Shown piece after piece: positions 1-7,835 of a stretch of DNA of 64,000 bases; position 1 is the first letter of the stretch; each line of letters begins with the position of its first letter. This stretch comes from Candidatus Falkowbacteria bacterium (GTDB taxonomy: Bacteria > Patescibacteriota > Patescibacteriia > UBA11705 > JABHMO01), in NCBI GenBank assembly GCA_018665965.1, contig JABJBF010000023.1:1-64000 (forward strand). Direction: 5' to 3'. Under the pieces are notes generated by a model, which searched no databases, was not told the origin of the DNA, and worked only from the letters and a program-made list of their open reading frames with translations. Position numbers and translations under genes: made by a program.

Positions 1-2
1 AT

Positions 3-986
3 TTTGATAAATTAATGTCTGAGTTGGAAGTGCTTTCAGGTGGCTTAGGCTTTGCTGAACTTAAAGTAAAAGCTGAAGCTGGTGATAAAGAAGCGCTTCA
101 AGTGATGCGCGATTATATTGCGAAGAAAGAACAAATTGTGGAGTTTATAGAAACTAAGGAAATGATAGAAGTGGTCGTGCCAGAACGTACCAAGCGTGGT
201 TCTTTGCTCCCCAAAAGTCCGGATAATCCGCATAAAGATGAAGAGCCAGATCAAGATTATTTAATGCCCGAAGTGGAGCTAACATCACCGGAAAAAGCAG
301 TAGAAGCGCTGAAACAAATGTTTCCTGGATTAAACACAGAAAAGTGGTCAGAGGCATTAGAAAAAGGAGTTGCCCCAGCAATAAAAGCCTGCCAAGAGTT
401 GGGAATAGATCCAGAAAGACTGGTTGTTCATCCTTGGATAAAGCGAGAAGCCTTGTCAAGACTTGGTAATACAAACACAACGCACCACGGAGCATTGATT
501 GAAGAAGTAGTCCTTCCTAAACTTGAAGAATTGTATAAACCCAAAGGAATAAAATTTAAGAATTATATAGAAGGTGCGATGTCAGATGATAACCATCTGC
601 AAATGGAGACGGAATTTGCAAAATGGCTAACAGATAGAGAACAAGAAGTAGACGGTGATATATGCTTCAGTGCTCAGATCTTAGATTTACAGCAGGGATT
701 TAGTCCAGACGCAACAAAACATGAATTATCAAAAAAGTCTAACCTTATGGGGTCAAGTTGTTATCTAACTATGCAAATGCTGTTAACGCAAATACAATTG
801 CAAACAAAATGGGAAGAATTGCATTGGTGGATGTCAGCAGATAAGTATGATTTTGAAGGAGAAGCTCGGTTCCCGTCTGCCTTGTATTGCGGTGTGCTTG
901 GAGTCGGTTTCGAGTTTGTCAGCGCTCGCGCGGATAGCGCTTATACGCGGTGCGGTTCGCTCGTCCTGCCGTTCGAAGTGCTTTAG
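3..986 (+). CDS. Paralog-family protein (5'-truncated by window edge); conserved N-terminal domain '...FDKLMSELEVLSGGLGFAELKVKAEAGDKEALQVMRDYIAKKEQIVEFIETKEM' plus a unique C-terminal domain
   Basis: Reading frame is open from nt 3 (FDKLMSELEV...). The N-terminal ~60 aa are near-identical to the N-termini of the ORFs at 1092, 1902, 4191, 61001, 62124 and 62877. The C-terminal ~250 aa are unrelated to the other members. Confidence 0.6.
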   Translation, partial: FDKLMSELEVLSGGLGFAELKVKAEAGDKEALQVMRDYIAKKEQIVEFIETKEMIEVVVPERTKRGSLLPKSPDNPHKDEEPDQDYLMPEVELTSPEKAVEALKQMFPGLNTEKWSEALEKGVAPAIKACQELGIDPERLVVHPWIKREALSRLGNTNTTHHGALIEEVVLPKLEELYKPKGIKFKNYIEGAMSDDNHLQMETEFAKWLTDREQEVDGDICFSAQILDLQQGFSPDATKHELSKKSNLMGSSCYLTMQMLLTQIQLQTKWEELHWWMSADKYDFEGEARFPSALYCGVLGVGFEFVSARADSAYTRCGSLVLPFEVL

Positions 987-1091
987 TCATGAAGTACATG
1001 CGAAGCATGACTTGCGTATCACTTATCACGTATCCAATAACCAATATCCAATACCAAATAACCAATATTTAATAACCAATAAATAATCATC

Positions 1092-1898
1092 ATGAAAAGT
1101 TTAGAACAAATACAAGAACGCTCACTCCACGCTAACTTCACCGAAGTTCAGCAACAACATTTTGATAAATTAATGTCTGAATTAGAAATAATCTCAGGTG
1201 GTTTAGGTTTTGCTGAGCTTAAAGCAAAGGCTGAAGCGGGAAGTAAAGAAGCACTTCAGGTGATGCGAGATTACATTACCAAAAAAGAGGAGATTGTGGA
1301 GTTTATTGAGACTAAAGAAATGTTGAAGGAAAATGAATTTGGAGTAAGGGAGATACGGGAAAATGATAAGGTTTTTCTAGTAAATTTAAATCCAATAAAT
1401 GGTGGGTATTTTGTCAACTATGCTGTATCTAGTAAGGACACTATAGGGCCATTAACTGTTGATAAGGTAGAGAAAGTAGAGGGGCAGTTGGAACCTAAGC
1501 TGTCTGTGAGAAGAGGTACTAGGACCAAGGATGTTAATCCAATAGATCCAGTTTTTGTAGAAGGGTATTATGTGGCGATAAAGAACACAGAAGAGATAAC
1601 TAGAACTTCCAGTGGTGAGGAATACGTAATTTATTCCTTGGATACAAATAGATTTGGTAGTGTCGAGATGGGAAAAAAATATAAGATGAAGAAAAAAAAT
1701 AATTTAAAGTTTCAAAGTGGGCGGGTTTTTGAACCAAAAAACTTTTTTGTTTCTTGGGCTAAAAGTTTGGAAGAGGAGCAGTATCATCCGACCAATAATG
1801 ATGATAGGTGTATTTGGGTTACTTTAGATGCTGCTTTTGGCGGATCTAATTCTTTTCTTTTAGAGGATTTTGTTAAAAATTTTGAATTAGTAGAATAA
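1092..1898 (+). CDS. Paralog-family protein (conserved ~85-aa N-terminal domain with LMSELEIISGG motif; unique C-terminal domain)
   Basis: N-terminus 'MKSLEQIQERSLHANFTEVQQQHFDKLMSELEIISGGLGFAELKAKAEAGSKEALQVMRDYITKKEEIVEFIETKEM' is shared with 6 other ORFs in the window. Good spacing to the upstream gene. C-terminal part is unique. Confidence 0.65.
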   Translation: MKSLEQIQERSLHANFTEVQQQHFDKLMSELEIISGGLGFAELKAKAEAGSKEALQVMRDYITKKEEIVEFIETKEMLKENEFGVREIRENDKVFLVNLNPINGGYFVNYAVSSKDTIGPLTVDKVEKVEGQLEPKLSVRRGTRTKDVNPIDPVFVEGYYVAIKNTEEITRTSSGEEYVIYSLDTNRFGSVEMGKKYKMKKKNNLKFQSGRVFEPKNFFVSWAKSLEEEQYHPTNNDDRCIWVTLDAAFGGSNSFLLEDFVKNFELVE

Positions 1899-1901
1899 AA
1901 T

Positions 1902-2687
1902 ATGATCAACCCCGAGCAACAATTACAAGAAAATGCACTCCAAGCTAACTTCACCGAAGTTCAGCAACAACATTTTGATAAATTAATGTCCGAGTTGGAA
2001 GTGATTTCAGGTGGTTTGGGTTTTGCTGAACTTAAAGAGAAGGCTGAAACTGGTGACAAAGAAGCCCTTCACGTGATGCGTGATTACATTACCAAAAAAG
2101 AGGAGATAGTTGAGTTTATTGAAACTAAGGAGATGTCGGAAGAACCGAGCGATCCTGATTTTGAAAAAATGCTGGAAGCTCATGAAGAAATTAAACCAGG
2201 AGATGTTTACATTGATACAAGTTCAGGCGAAAGATTTGAGGTTATTGAGGTGTTCGATGGTTCAGATAACGAGGTGTCATCAGTAAATAGAAATAATCGT
2301 GATGGTGTAATAAAAATAACAATACAAGGCAGAAGCAGTTCTAATCCTGTGTATTGTGAAATACCTGACAACGATAGTACTATGGATCTTGTTATCGGAC
2401 TTAGTGAACCTTGTATGGAGTTTTCAGTTTCTGCAAAGCCCAAAAATCGTCATGATGTTTTAGATTTACGTACTTTCGGTGGTTTCTCAGTTGGGGAAGA
2501 GTTTCAAAATAGAAGTGTGGAAGCCACTAAATCAAAAATTAAATATTTTGTTTGGGATAAAGAAGAGAAAAAGACCCGAGTGGTTTTTGAAATGATTCAC
2601 ACTCCAGTAGTTGGTAAAGAGACAAAAGATATTTCGATTTTTGACTTAGGTTTATTCGCAGGACTTTATACTAAAATTGAAAAATAA
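1902..2687 (+). CDS. Paralog-family protein (conserved N-terminal domain; unique C-terminal domain)
   Basis: N-terminus 'QANFTEVQQQHFDKLMSELEVISGGLGFAELKEKAETGDKEALHVMRDYITKKEEIVEFIETKEM'. Lies 4 nt after the previous paralog (tandem). Confidence 0.65.
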   Translation: MINPEQQLQENALQANFTEVQQQHFDKLMSELEVISGGLGFAELKEKAETGDKEALHVMRDYITKKEEIVEFIETKEMSEEPSDPDFEKMLEAHEEIKPGDVYIDTSSGERFEVIEVFDGSDNEVSSVNRNNRDGVIKITIQGRSSSNPVYCEIPDNDSTMDLVIGLSEPCMEFSVSAKPKNRHDVLDLRTFGGFSVGEEFQNRSVEATKSKIKYFVWDKEEKKTRVVFEMIHTPVVGKETKDISIFDLGLFAGLYTKIEK

Positions 2688-2758
2688 ATATGATTAGTGC
2701 ATTAAGTAAATATTTTTACCATTTTTAATTAAATTCTAAAATAAATCCGTAAATTCAT

Positions 2759-4024
2759 ATGCAATCCGTACTCCGTATCTTAGAAAAATTATTAGCCAAG
2801 CTAGCGAAAGCTATCATTAATAAATATCAACCAAAAATTGTTGGTATTACCGGTTCAATGGGCAAAACTTCTGCCAAAGAAGCGGTTTATGCTGTTTTGA
2901 ATGGTAAATTTAATGTTCGCAAAAATATAAAAAACTATAATAATGAGATCGGAGTGCCTTTGACTATTATTGGTGTGGAAACTGGTGGTAGGTCGCCGAT
3001 TAAATGGGGCTTGGTATTTCTGCGGGCTGTAAAACTAATTTTCACCAGACAAAAAGATTATCCTGAAGTTTTGGTTTTGGAAATGGGAGCGGATAAACCT
3101 GGTGATATTGGTTATTTAGTAAATCTATTTCCTTGTGATATTGGGGTAGTTACCAAGATTGGGCCTGCTCACATGGAAGCTTTTAAGACTGTAGAAAAAA
3201 TTACTAGAGAAAAACAAAAAATGGTAACTCATTTAGATAAAGACAAGATTGCTGTTTTGAATTGTGATGATGAATTAGTTCGTGCTATGCATAAAAAAGT
3301 AAAAGCTAAAGTAATTTTCTTTGGTTATAGTGAAGAAGCTAATATCCGTTCAGTTGATTTGCATAATCAGGGTGACGGTATGGATTTAACGGGAATCAAA
3401 TTCAAAATCGCTTATGGTGGAAGCACCGTTCCAGTGGCTTTGCCTGGTGTGGTTGGCGCTCACCAAATTAATTCAGCCTTAAGTGCTGCCGCTGTTGGCA
3501 TTGCCCTCGGAATGAACTTGATCGAAGTTTCTGAAGGACTAAAAAATTACAAAGCACCCAAAGGCAGAATGAGCTTGGTTCAGGGTAAACAGACCTTAAT
3601 TATAGATGATACTTATAATTCATCACCACGCGCTGCTAGCGCGGCGCTGGACGCTCTACAGAAGTTGCAGATTGAGCAGGTTGAGCGAAAAATAGCGGTT
3701 TTAGGTGATATGTTGGAGTTGGGTGATTTTTCTGAACAAGCACACCTTGAACTTGGACAAAAAGCAGCTGAAAGCGAGGTTGATCTATTGGTTTGTATTG
3801 GTCCTAGCCGTGAGTTGATAGCCAAGGGTGCTGAAAAGGCAGGATTGAGCTTAGAAAAAATTATGCAAATTCCGGATTCCAACTTGGCCGCTGACAAGAT
3901 GATTGATATTATTAAAGAGAATGATTTGGTTCTTGTAAAAGGTTCTCGTGGTATGCGTATGGAATTGATTGTTAAAGCATTGATGAAAGAGCCAGAGCTC
4001 GCTGAACAATTATTGGTGAAATAG
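2759..4024 (+). CDS. murF: UDP-N-acetylmuramoyl-tripeptide--D-alanyl-D-alanine ligase (Mur ligase family, MurF-like)
   Basis: Mur ligase P-loop 'GITGSMGKTSAKEA'. 'DDTYNSSP' matches the MurF 'DxYNANP' region. Length 421 aa. Confidence 0.7.
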   Translation: MQSVLRILEKLLAKLAKAIINKYQPKIVGITGSMGKTSAKEAVYAVLNGKFNVRKNIKNYNNEIGVPLTIIGVETGGRSPIKWGLVFLRAVKLIFTRQKDYPEVLVLEMGADKPGDIGYLVNLFPCDIGVVTKIGPAHMEAFKTVEKITREKQKMVTHLDKDKIAVLNCDDELVRAMHKKVKAKVIFFGYSEEANIRSVDLHNQGDGMDLTGIKFKIAYGGSTVPVALPGVVGAHQINSALSAAAVGIALGMNLIEVSEGLKNYKAPKGRMSLVQGKQTLIIDDTYNSSPRAASAALDALQKLQIEQVERKIAVLGDMLELGDFSEQAHLELGQKAAESEVDLLVCIGPSRELIAKGAEKAGLSLEKIMQIPDSNLAADKMIDIIKENDLVLVKGSRGMRMELIVKALMKEPELAEQLLVK

Positions 4025-4065
4025 ATTATTAGGTCTAATTACGTCTGATAATTTAAAAGCGTTGA

Positions 4066-4150
4066 GATTCCGGATCAAGCCCGGAATGACGATCTAGGGT
4101 GGGTCGGCGCAGCACAACTACAAACGTCACTCCGGACTTGATCCGGAGTC
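4066..4150. repeat. Imperfect ~25-bp inverted repeat (gattccggatcaagcccggaatgac ... gtcactccggacttgatccggagtc) flanking a GC-rich spacer
   Basis: Each arm is itself a hairpin (ttccgg-N-ccggaa and ctccgga-N-tccggag). The two arms are near reverse complements of each other. Lies between murF and the paralog at 4191. Confidence 0.5.
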
Positions 4151-4190
4151 TGGTGATAAATACTATTAATAGTTTGTCGTTTATTGCATT

Positions 4191-5324
4191 ATGTTAAACT
4201 TAGAACAATTAACTGAAAAATCTCTCCAAGCTAACTTCACTGAAGTTCAGCAACGTCATTTTGATAGATTAATGTCTGAGTTGGAAGTGATCTCAGGTGG
4301 TTTAGGTTTTGCTGAGCTCAAAGCGAAAGCTGAGGCCGGAAGTAAGGAGGCGCTTCAGGTGATGCGCGATTATATCGTTAAGAAAGAACAGATTGTGGAG
4401 TTTTTGGAAATCAAAAAAATTCCTAATGAAACAAAGTCAGCAGAAGAATTGTGCATGGAATTTAGAGGTGAGCCAGTTAAGGTTGCCCACCAGCGTCTAC
4501 ATGCATTAATGGAGACAAGTGCTTATATGAAAGGTCATCATATGTTTCGTCAAGGAATAGATTCTGAGGTTGTTTCTCGGGGTTATTCTTCTAAAGAGCA
4601 AATGTTAGGAAAAATAGTAGCTCATATGGCAGGAGATGGAATTTTGGCTGATTCCCTAACCAATGACATACAAGGCACGTTCTATGACCGAAGTATGCGT
4701 TTATTTAAGGCCAATGATAGATTTACAGGATTACAGACTTTTGATGCTAATACACAATTCTTGTCTGTGGTTGCTTTTATGCTAGAGGGCAAAACCCCTG
4801 CTTTTGAATTGGCCAAGTTTAGTGATCGTCTAAAAGACTCTGAATTATATAATAATGATAAGAACGTGTGGAACCGAAGAATAAGTCCGGACGGAGTACT
4901 TGATGGGCAACTGTACGCTGATGATTATTTGATAGAAATTTTAGCAAACTATTTTTTGGGAAAAACAGAGGAAGTTGAAAAATTATATAAAGAAATGGCC
5001 GAAAGACAGGGTGGAGATTTTTGGGGGGATGGGATTGTGCTGGAATCTCCAGAGGCTGATATTTCAATAAATGAACGTAGTAAAGATCTATTACTGGCAA
5101 TTATAACCCAGGCTTTGGTGGCTGACCCGCAAAAAGCTTACGCCCGATGGCTCAAAGGCAAAGAATTAGATTTGTATGATAAGGATAAAAAATTATGGTA
5201 TGAACGTAAAAATCATAGAGAAGCAGGAAAAATTTATCAGAACCATACAGTTGAAAATGAATTATTAGATATTATGGCGGAAGCGATTTTCATTAAACTT
5301 GGCTTGCATGATGATATTGAATAG
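4191..5324 (+). CDS. Paralog-family protein (conserved N-terminal domain; C-terminal domain of the subfamily shared with the 61001 and 62877 paralogs)
   Basis: N-terminus 'MLNLEQLTEKSLQANFTEVQQRHFDRLMSELEVISGGLGFAELKAKAEAGSKEALQVMRDYIVKKEQIVEFLE'. C-terminal motifs '...ANYFLGKTEEVEKLYKEM...' and '...ELLDIMAEAIFIKLG' recur in the 61001 and 62877 proteins. Confidence 0.65.
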   Translation: MLNLEQLTEKSLQANFTEVQQRHFDRLMSELEVISGGLGFAELKAKAEAGSKEALQVMRDYIVKKEQIVEFLEIKKIPNETKSAEELCMEFRGEPVKVAHQRLHALMETSAYMKGHHMFRQGIDSEVVSRGYSSKEQMLGKIVAHMAGDGILADSLTNDIQGTFYDRSMRLFKANDRFTGLQTFDANTQFLSVVAFMLEGKTPAFELAKFSDRLKDSELYNNDKNVWNRRISPDGVLDGQLYADDYLIEILANYFLGKTEEVEKLYKEMAERQGGDFWGDGIVLESPEADISINERSKDLLLAIITQALVADPQKAYARWLKGKELDLYDKDKKLWYERKNHREAGKIYQNHTVENELLDIMAEAIFIKLGLHDDIE

Positions 5325-5391
5325 ATTCACGTATCGAGTATCTTGGAATGTGAAGCAATATAGCAATTTAACAGTATAACAATATAATTTC

Positions 5392-5823
5392 ATGTCAAAA
5401 ACAAGTGTTACAATTTTAGTGATTGTGTGTTTAATTATTTTTTGTGTAATTACCATGTTTCCTGGTTGGTTTCCAATACGACCGTTAGAAGGAGTGTTTA
5501 CCAAGGTTTGCGATGATGTTTTGAAAGGTGAATTTACCAAATTTGATGAAGACGTGTACGTTGGAAGTCTTGGCGTCCCAACGCGGAAAGACTATGTTAT
5601 TTGTGGCAGAGATCCGGCGGTTGACGCTAATGAAGTTTGCTATATTGCACCGATGGAAGAAAGTATAGTTTATGATGGTAATCCTATGGGTTCAGAAATG
5701 GCTGATGAATGTTATCATTGTCAGTACGGTTGGGAATTAGTGAAGCATGGAAAAAAGGTTTTAGGTAAAGTTTGTAAACCGTACAAAAGTATTTGGAGGT
5801 GGAATTATAAGAGCCCTTTTTAG
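5392..5823 (+). CDS. Small Cys-rich protein with N-terminal transmembrane/signal anchor
   Basis: Hydrophobic N-terminus 'VTILVIVCLIIFCVITMF'; 8 Cys in the remainder; no recognisable family. Confidence 0.45.
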   Translation: MSKTSVTILVIVCLIIFCVITMFPGWFPIRPLEGVFTKVCDDVLKGEFTKFDEDVYVGSLGVPTRKDYVICGRDPAVDANEVCYIAPMEESIVYDGNPMGSEMADECYHCQYGWELVKHGKKVLGKVCKPYKSIWRWNYKSPF

Positions 5824-5890
5824 TTAATGATTAATTATCAAGCACCAAATATCAAATAATTTATAAAATTCAATTTTTAAATTATAAATC

Positions 5891-5918
5891 AAAAAAACAG
5901 GATAAATCCTGTTTTTTT
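5891..5918 (+). terminator. Rho-independent terminator (aacagga-taaa-tcctgtt + T-run)
   Basis: Perfect 7-bp stem followed by TTTTTTT, located downstream of the 5392 ORF. Confidence 0.6.
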
Positions 5919-5976
5919 GTTCCACCAGTCTTAGCAAAATCTTTATGGCTGCGCCAGTCGAAGCTTTAGCGAAGAC

Positions 5977-5994
5977 TGGTGACCCCACGGAGAA
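5977..5994. repeat. 18-nt direct copy of the tRNA-Glu 3' end (tggtgaccccacggagaa)
   Basis: Identical to 6160-6177, the 3' acceptor/T-arm end of the minus-strand tRNA. Looks like an att-like footprint. Confidence 0.6.
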
Positions 5995-6159
5995 ATCTCA
6001 CACGCCACTTCGTGTGCTCTTGGAAGGGTTTCCGCCCCTCCATCTCCCCCCCCCCAGAAAGTAAGGGAATCCTTCCCTTACCATCCCTGGTTCGATTCTC
6101 CTAATTACAAAATAATTATTTGACAATCAAAAAACGATTATCCTTCGATATTCGTTTTT

Positions 6160-6234
6160 TGGTGACCCCACGGAGAATCGAACTCCGGTTACATGGATGA
6201 GAACCATGCGTCCTAACCACTAGACGATGGGGCC
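6160..6234 (-). tRNA. tRNA-Glu (anticodon CUC)
   Basis: Reverse complement folds into a canonical cloverleaf: acceptor GGCCCCA/TGGGGTC, D-arm GTCT-AGTGGTTA-GGAC, anticodon stem CATGG/CCATG with loop TTCTCAT, T-arm CGGAG-TTCGATT-CTCCG, encoded CCA. Confidence 0.8.
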
Positions 6235-6243
6235 ATAATTATA

Positions 6244-6492
6244 TTATAATTTCCGAAAAAATATTTTTTTTATCTTTTTTCTTCCTGCACAGGATTTCCA
6301 GTATTTTTCTCTTTTGATAGCAGCTTTTAAAGTATCTACTTCTTCAAGAATGTGAGCCTCAAAGGTATCAAAGTTTTTTGTTGATTTTACTTTGCCATTC
6401 TTATGCTCCTGCATTCTTTGTTCAAAATTGTTAGTTTGGCCAGTGTATGTTTTTGTGCGCCATTGATTTATTAAAAAGTATATTTTGTGCAT
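6244..6492 (-). CDS. Small GIY-YIG nuclease-domain protein (UPF0213/Slx1-like)
   Basis: 'IYFLINQWRTKTYTGQTNNFEQRMQEHKNG' matches the GIY-YIG core (GIY...YIG...R..EH..G). Start is taken at the internal Met; the longer ORF-track start would run through the tRNA-derived repeat. Confidence 0.6.
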   Translation of the reverse strand: MHKIYFLINQWRTKTYTGQTNNFEQRMQEHKNGKVKSTKNFDTFEAHILEEVDTLKAAIKREKYWKSCAGRKKIKKIFFRKL

Positions 6493-6568
6493 AGAATTGA
6501 GCTTAATAGTGTTGTCAATATATATGCGTCCCCGACTCGCGTCGATGAGCACCGCGAGTCGAGGCGGG

Positions 6569-6593
6569 CTAACCACTAGACGATGGGGCCATA
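6569..6593. repeat. 25-nt direct copy of the tRNA-Glu 5' end plus 3 flanking nt (ctaaccactagacgatggggccata)
   Basis: Identical to 6213-6237. Together with the intact tRNA it brackets the GIY-YIG gene. Confidence 0.7.
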
Positions 6594-6813
6594 AGGCTTG
6601 TTGTATTATAAATCAGTTTTTTGCAATTAGCAAGAATCAAATAGGCTATAGTTTTTGTTCGTATTATATATTTTAATTCATGAATCAAAAATGTTGGCTA
6701 AGTTTAGTTAATTTTACCCATAATTCTTAATTCATACTTCATAATCCATGTTTCACACCTTGACAATTATAAATATATATTATAAGTTTAATTGTTATAT
6801 AGTTAATTGAAAA

Positions 6814-7728
6814 TTGGAGAAAAAAATGGATAAGCTACTTGAGGTTCGATTTAGCCGAACTACGGAAAATGAAATTAAAGGAAAAATATTTCATGATCCT
6901 AGGCCAGTTGAGGAAGAAATAACCTTATCGCTTGGTGAGAACGATGTTGGCGAGGATATGACGGAGGCGATGGCCAGTGTTGATGGATTTAAGCAAAAGG
7001 TTCCTCGTCTGGCAAAAATTGTTTTGATCAATGGCTTCAACAAAGATCGAGTGAACAATTGGGAAACGCCATTGCCACAAGATGGTGAATGGTGGTTGTG
7101 TCAGGAGATTCGTGACACTCGAGCAGGTGATGCTAATAAAGGCGCAATTATTGTTCGACTATGGCAAAATCTGACAGCTGAGAAATTGGCGGAGATCAAT
7201 AAAGAAAAACGGTTCTTGAATCCGATAATTGATTATATTCAAGAAGCTGAAAAATTTGGTGGTAGCGCTAAGACGGATAGTGAAATCTACGAAATGGCTT
7301 GTGAACTTCGTTCATATACTGAGTATATGGTTGACCATCTAGGAGTGGATGTCGCGATAGGAACACTCAGACAGGCTCGCAAGTCGTCTTCTTTAGTTGG
7401 TATGCATAGTGAGATAAGTAAAGTGAATGTCAATCTTCTTGATCATTATGTCTGGACAAGTTTGCAGCAGTTCGATATTGTTGAGACCGTTCGTCGGTTG
7501 TGTTTGGAGGCTATGATTGTATGGCTTGGCAAGATTAAAAAGGGTGAAGTTCAAGTAAGGAAAAATTTCTTCATGACTCGAGTCCAATATTTTAAATGTC
7601 CTCGTTGTCCTACAAACGTAAAGGTCTCGGATAATGCTTGGCAAAATTTTCAAGCTCAGAAAACTGTACTGTTAAAGTGTCCGATTTGCAGTACTGAGGG
7701 TCGAGCTTTACCAATGCTTAAAACATAA
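6814..7728 (+). CDS. Hypothetical protein with C-terminal double CxxC zinc ribbon
   Basis: 'CPRCPTNVKV...CPICSTEG' at the C-terminus. The internal Met at 6826 has the better SD (ggaga). GC visibly higher than the surrounding genome. Confidence 0.5.
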   Translation: MEKKMDKLLEVRFSRTTENEIKGKIFHDPRPVEEEITLSLGENDVGEDMTEAMASVDGFKQKVPRLAKIVLINGFNKDRVNNWETPLPQDGEWWLCQEIRDTRAGDANKGAIIVRLWQNLTAEKLAEINKEKRFLNPIIDYIQEAEKFGGSAKTDSEIYEMACELRSYTEYMVDHLGVDVAIGTLRQARKSSSLVGMHSEISKVNVNLLDHYVWTSLQQFDIVETVRRLCLEAMIVWLGKIKKGEVQVRKNFFMTRVQYFKCPRCPTNVKVSDNAWQNFQAQKTVLLKCPICSTEGRALPMLKT

Positions 7729-7835
7729 AGGGAAGTATAAACTCATGCTTCCTTTTTTTATTTTAAAAAGTTTTGATTTTCTGCTAAACTGAAGGGGTAG
7801 TTATTTGACAATTATAATACTATGAGGGGGACGGT

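Noticed and set aside
847-1086. 79-aa ORF overlapping the 3' end of the first paralog
   Set aside because: It is in an alternative frame of a GC-rich segment of the first paralog. Its tail is the poly-'accaata' AT-rich spacer, and it has no RBS.
6485-6676. 63-aa + strand ORF overlapping the tRNA-derived repeat, and the long N-terminal extension of the GIY-YIG ORF up to 6576
   Set aside because: Both run across the 25-nt tRNA 5'-end copy and the GC hairpin next to it. The GIY-YIG domain begins at the internal Met (6492), giving the canonical ~80-aa size.
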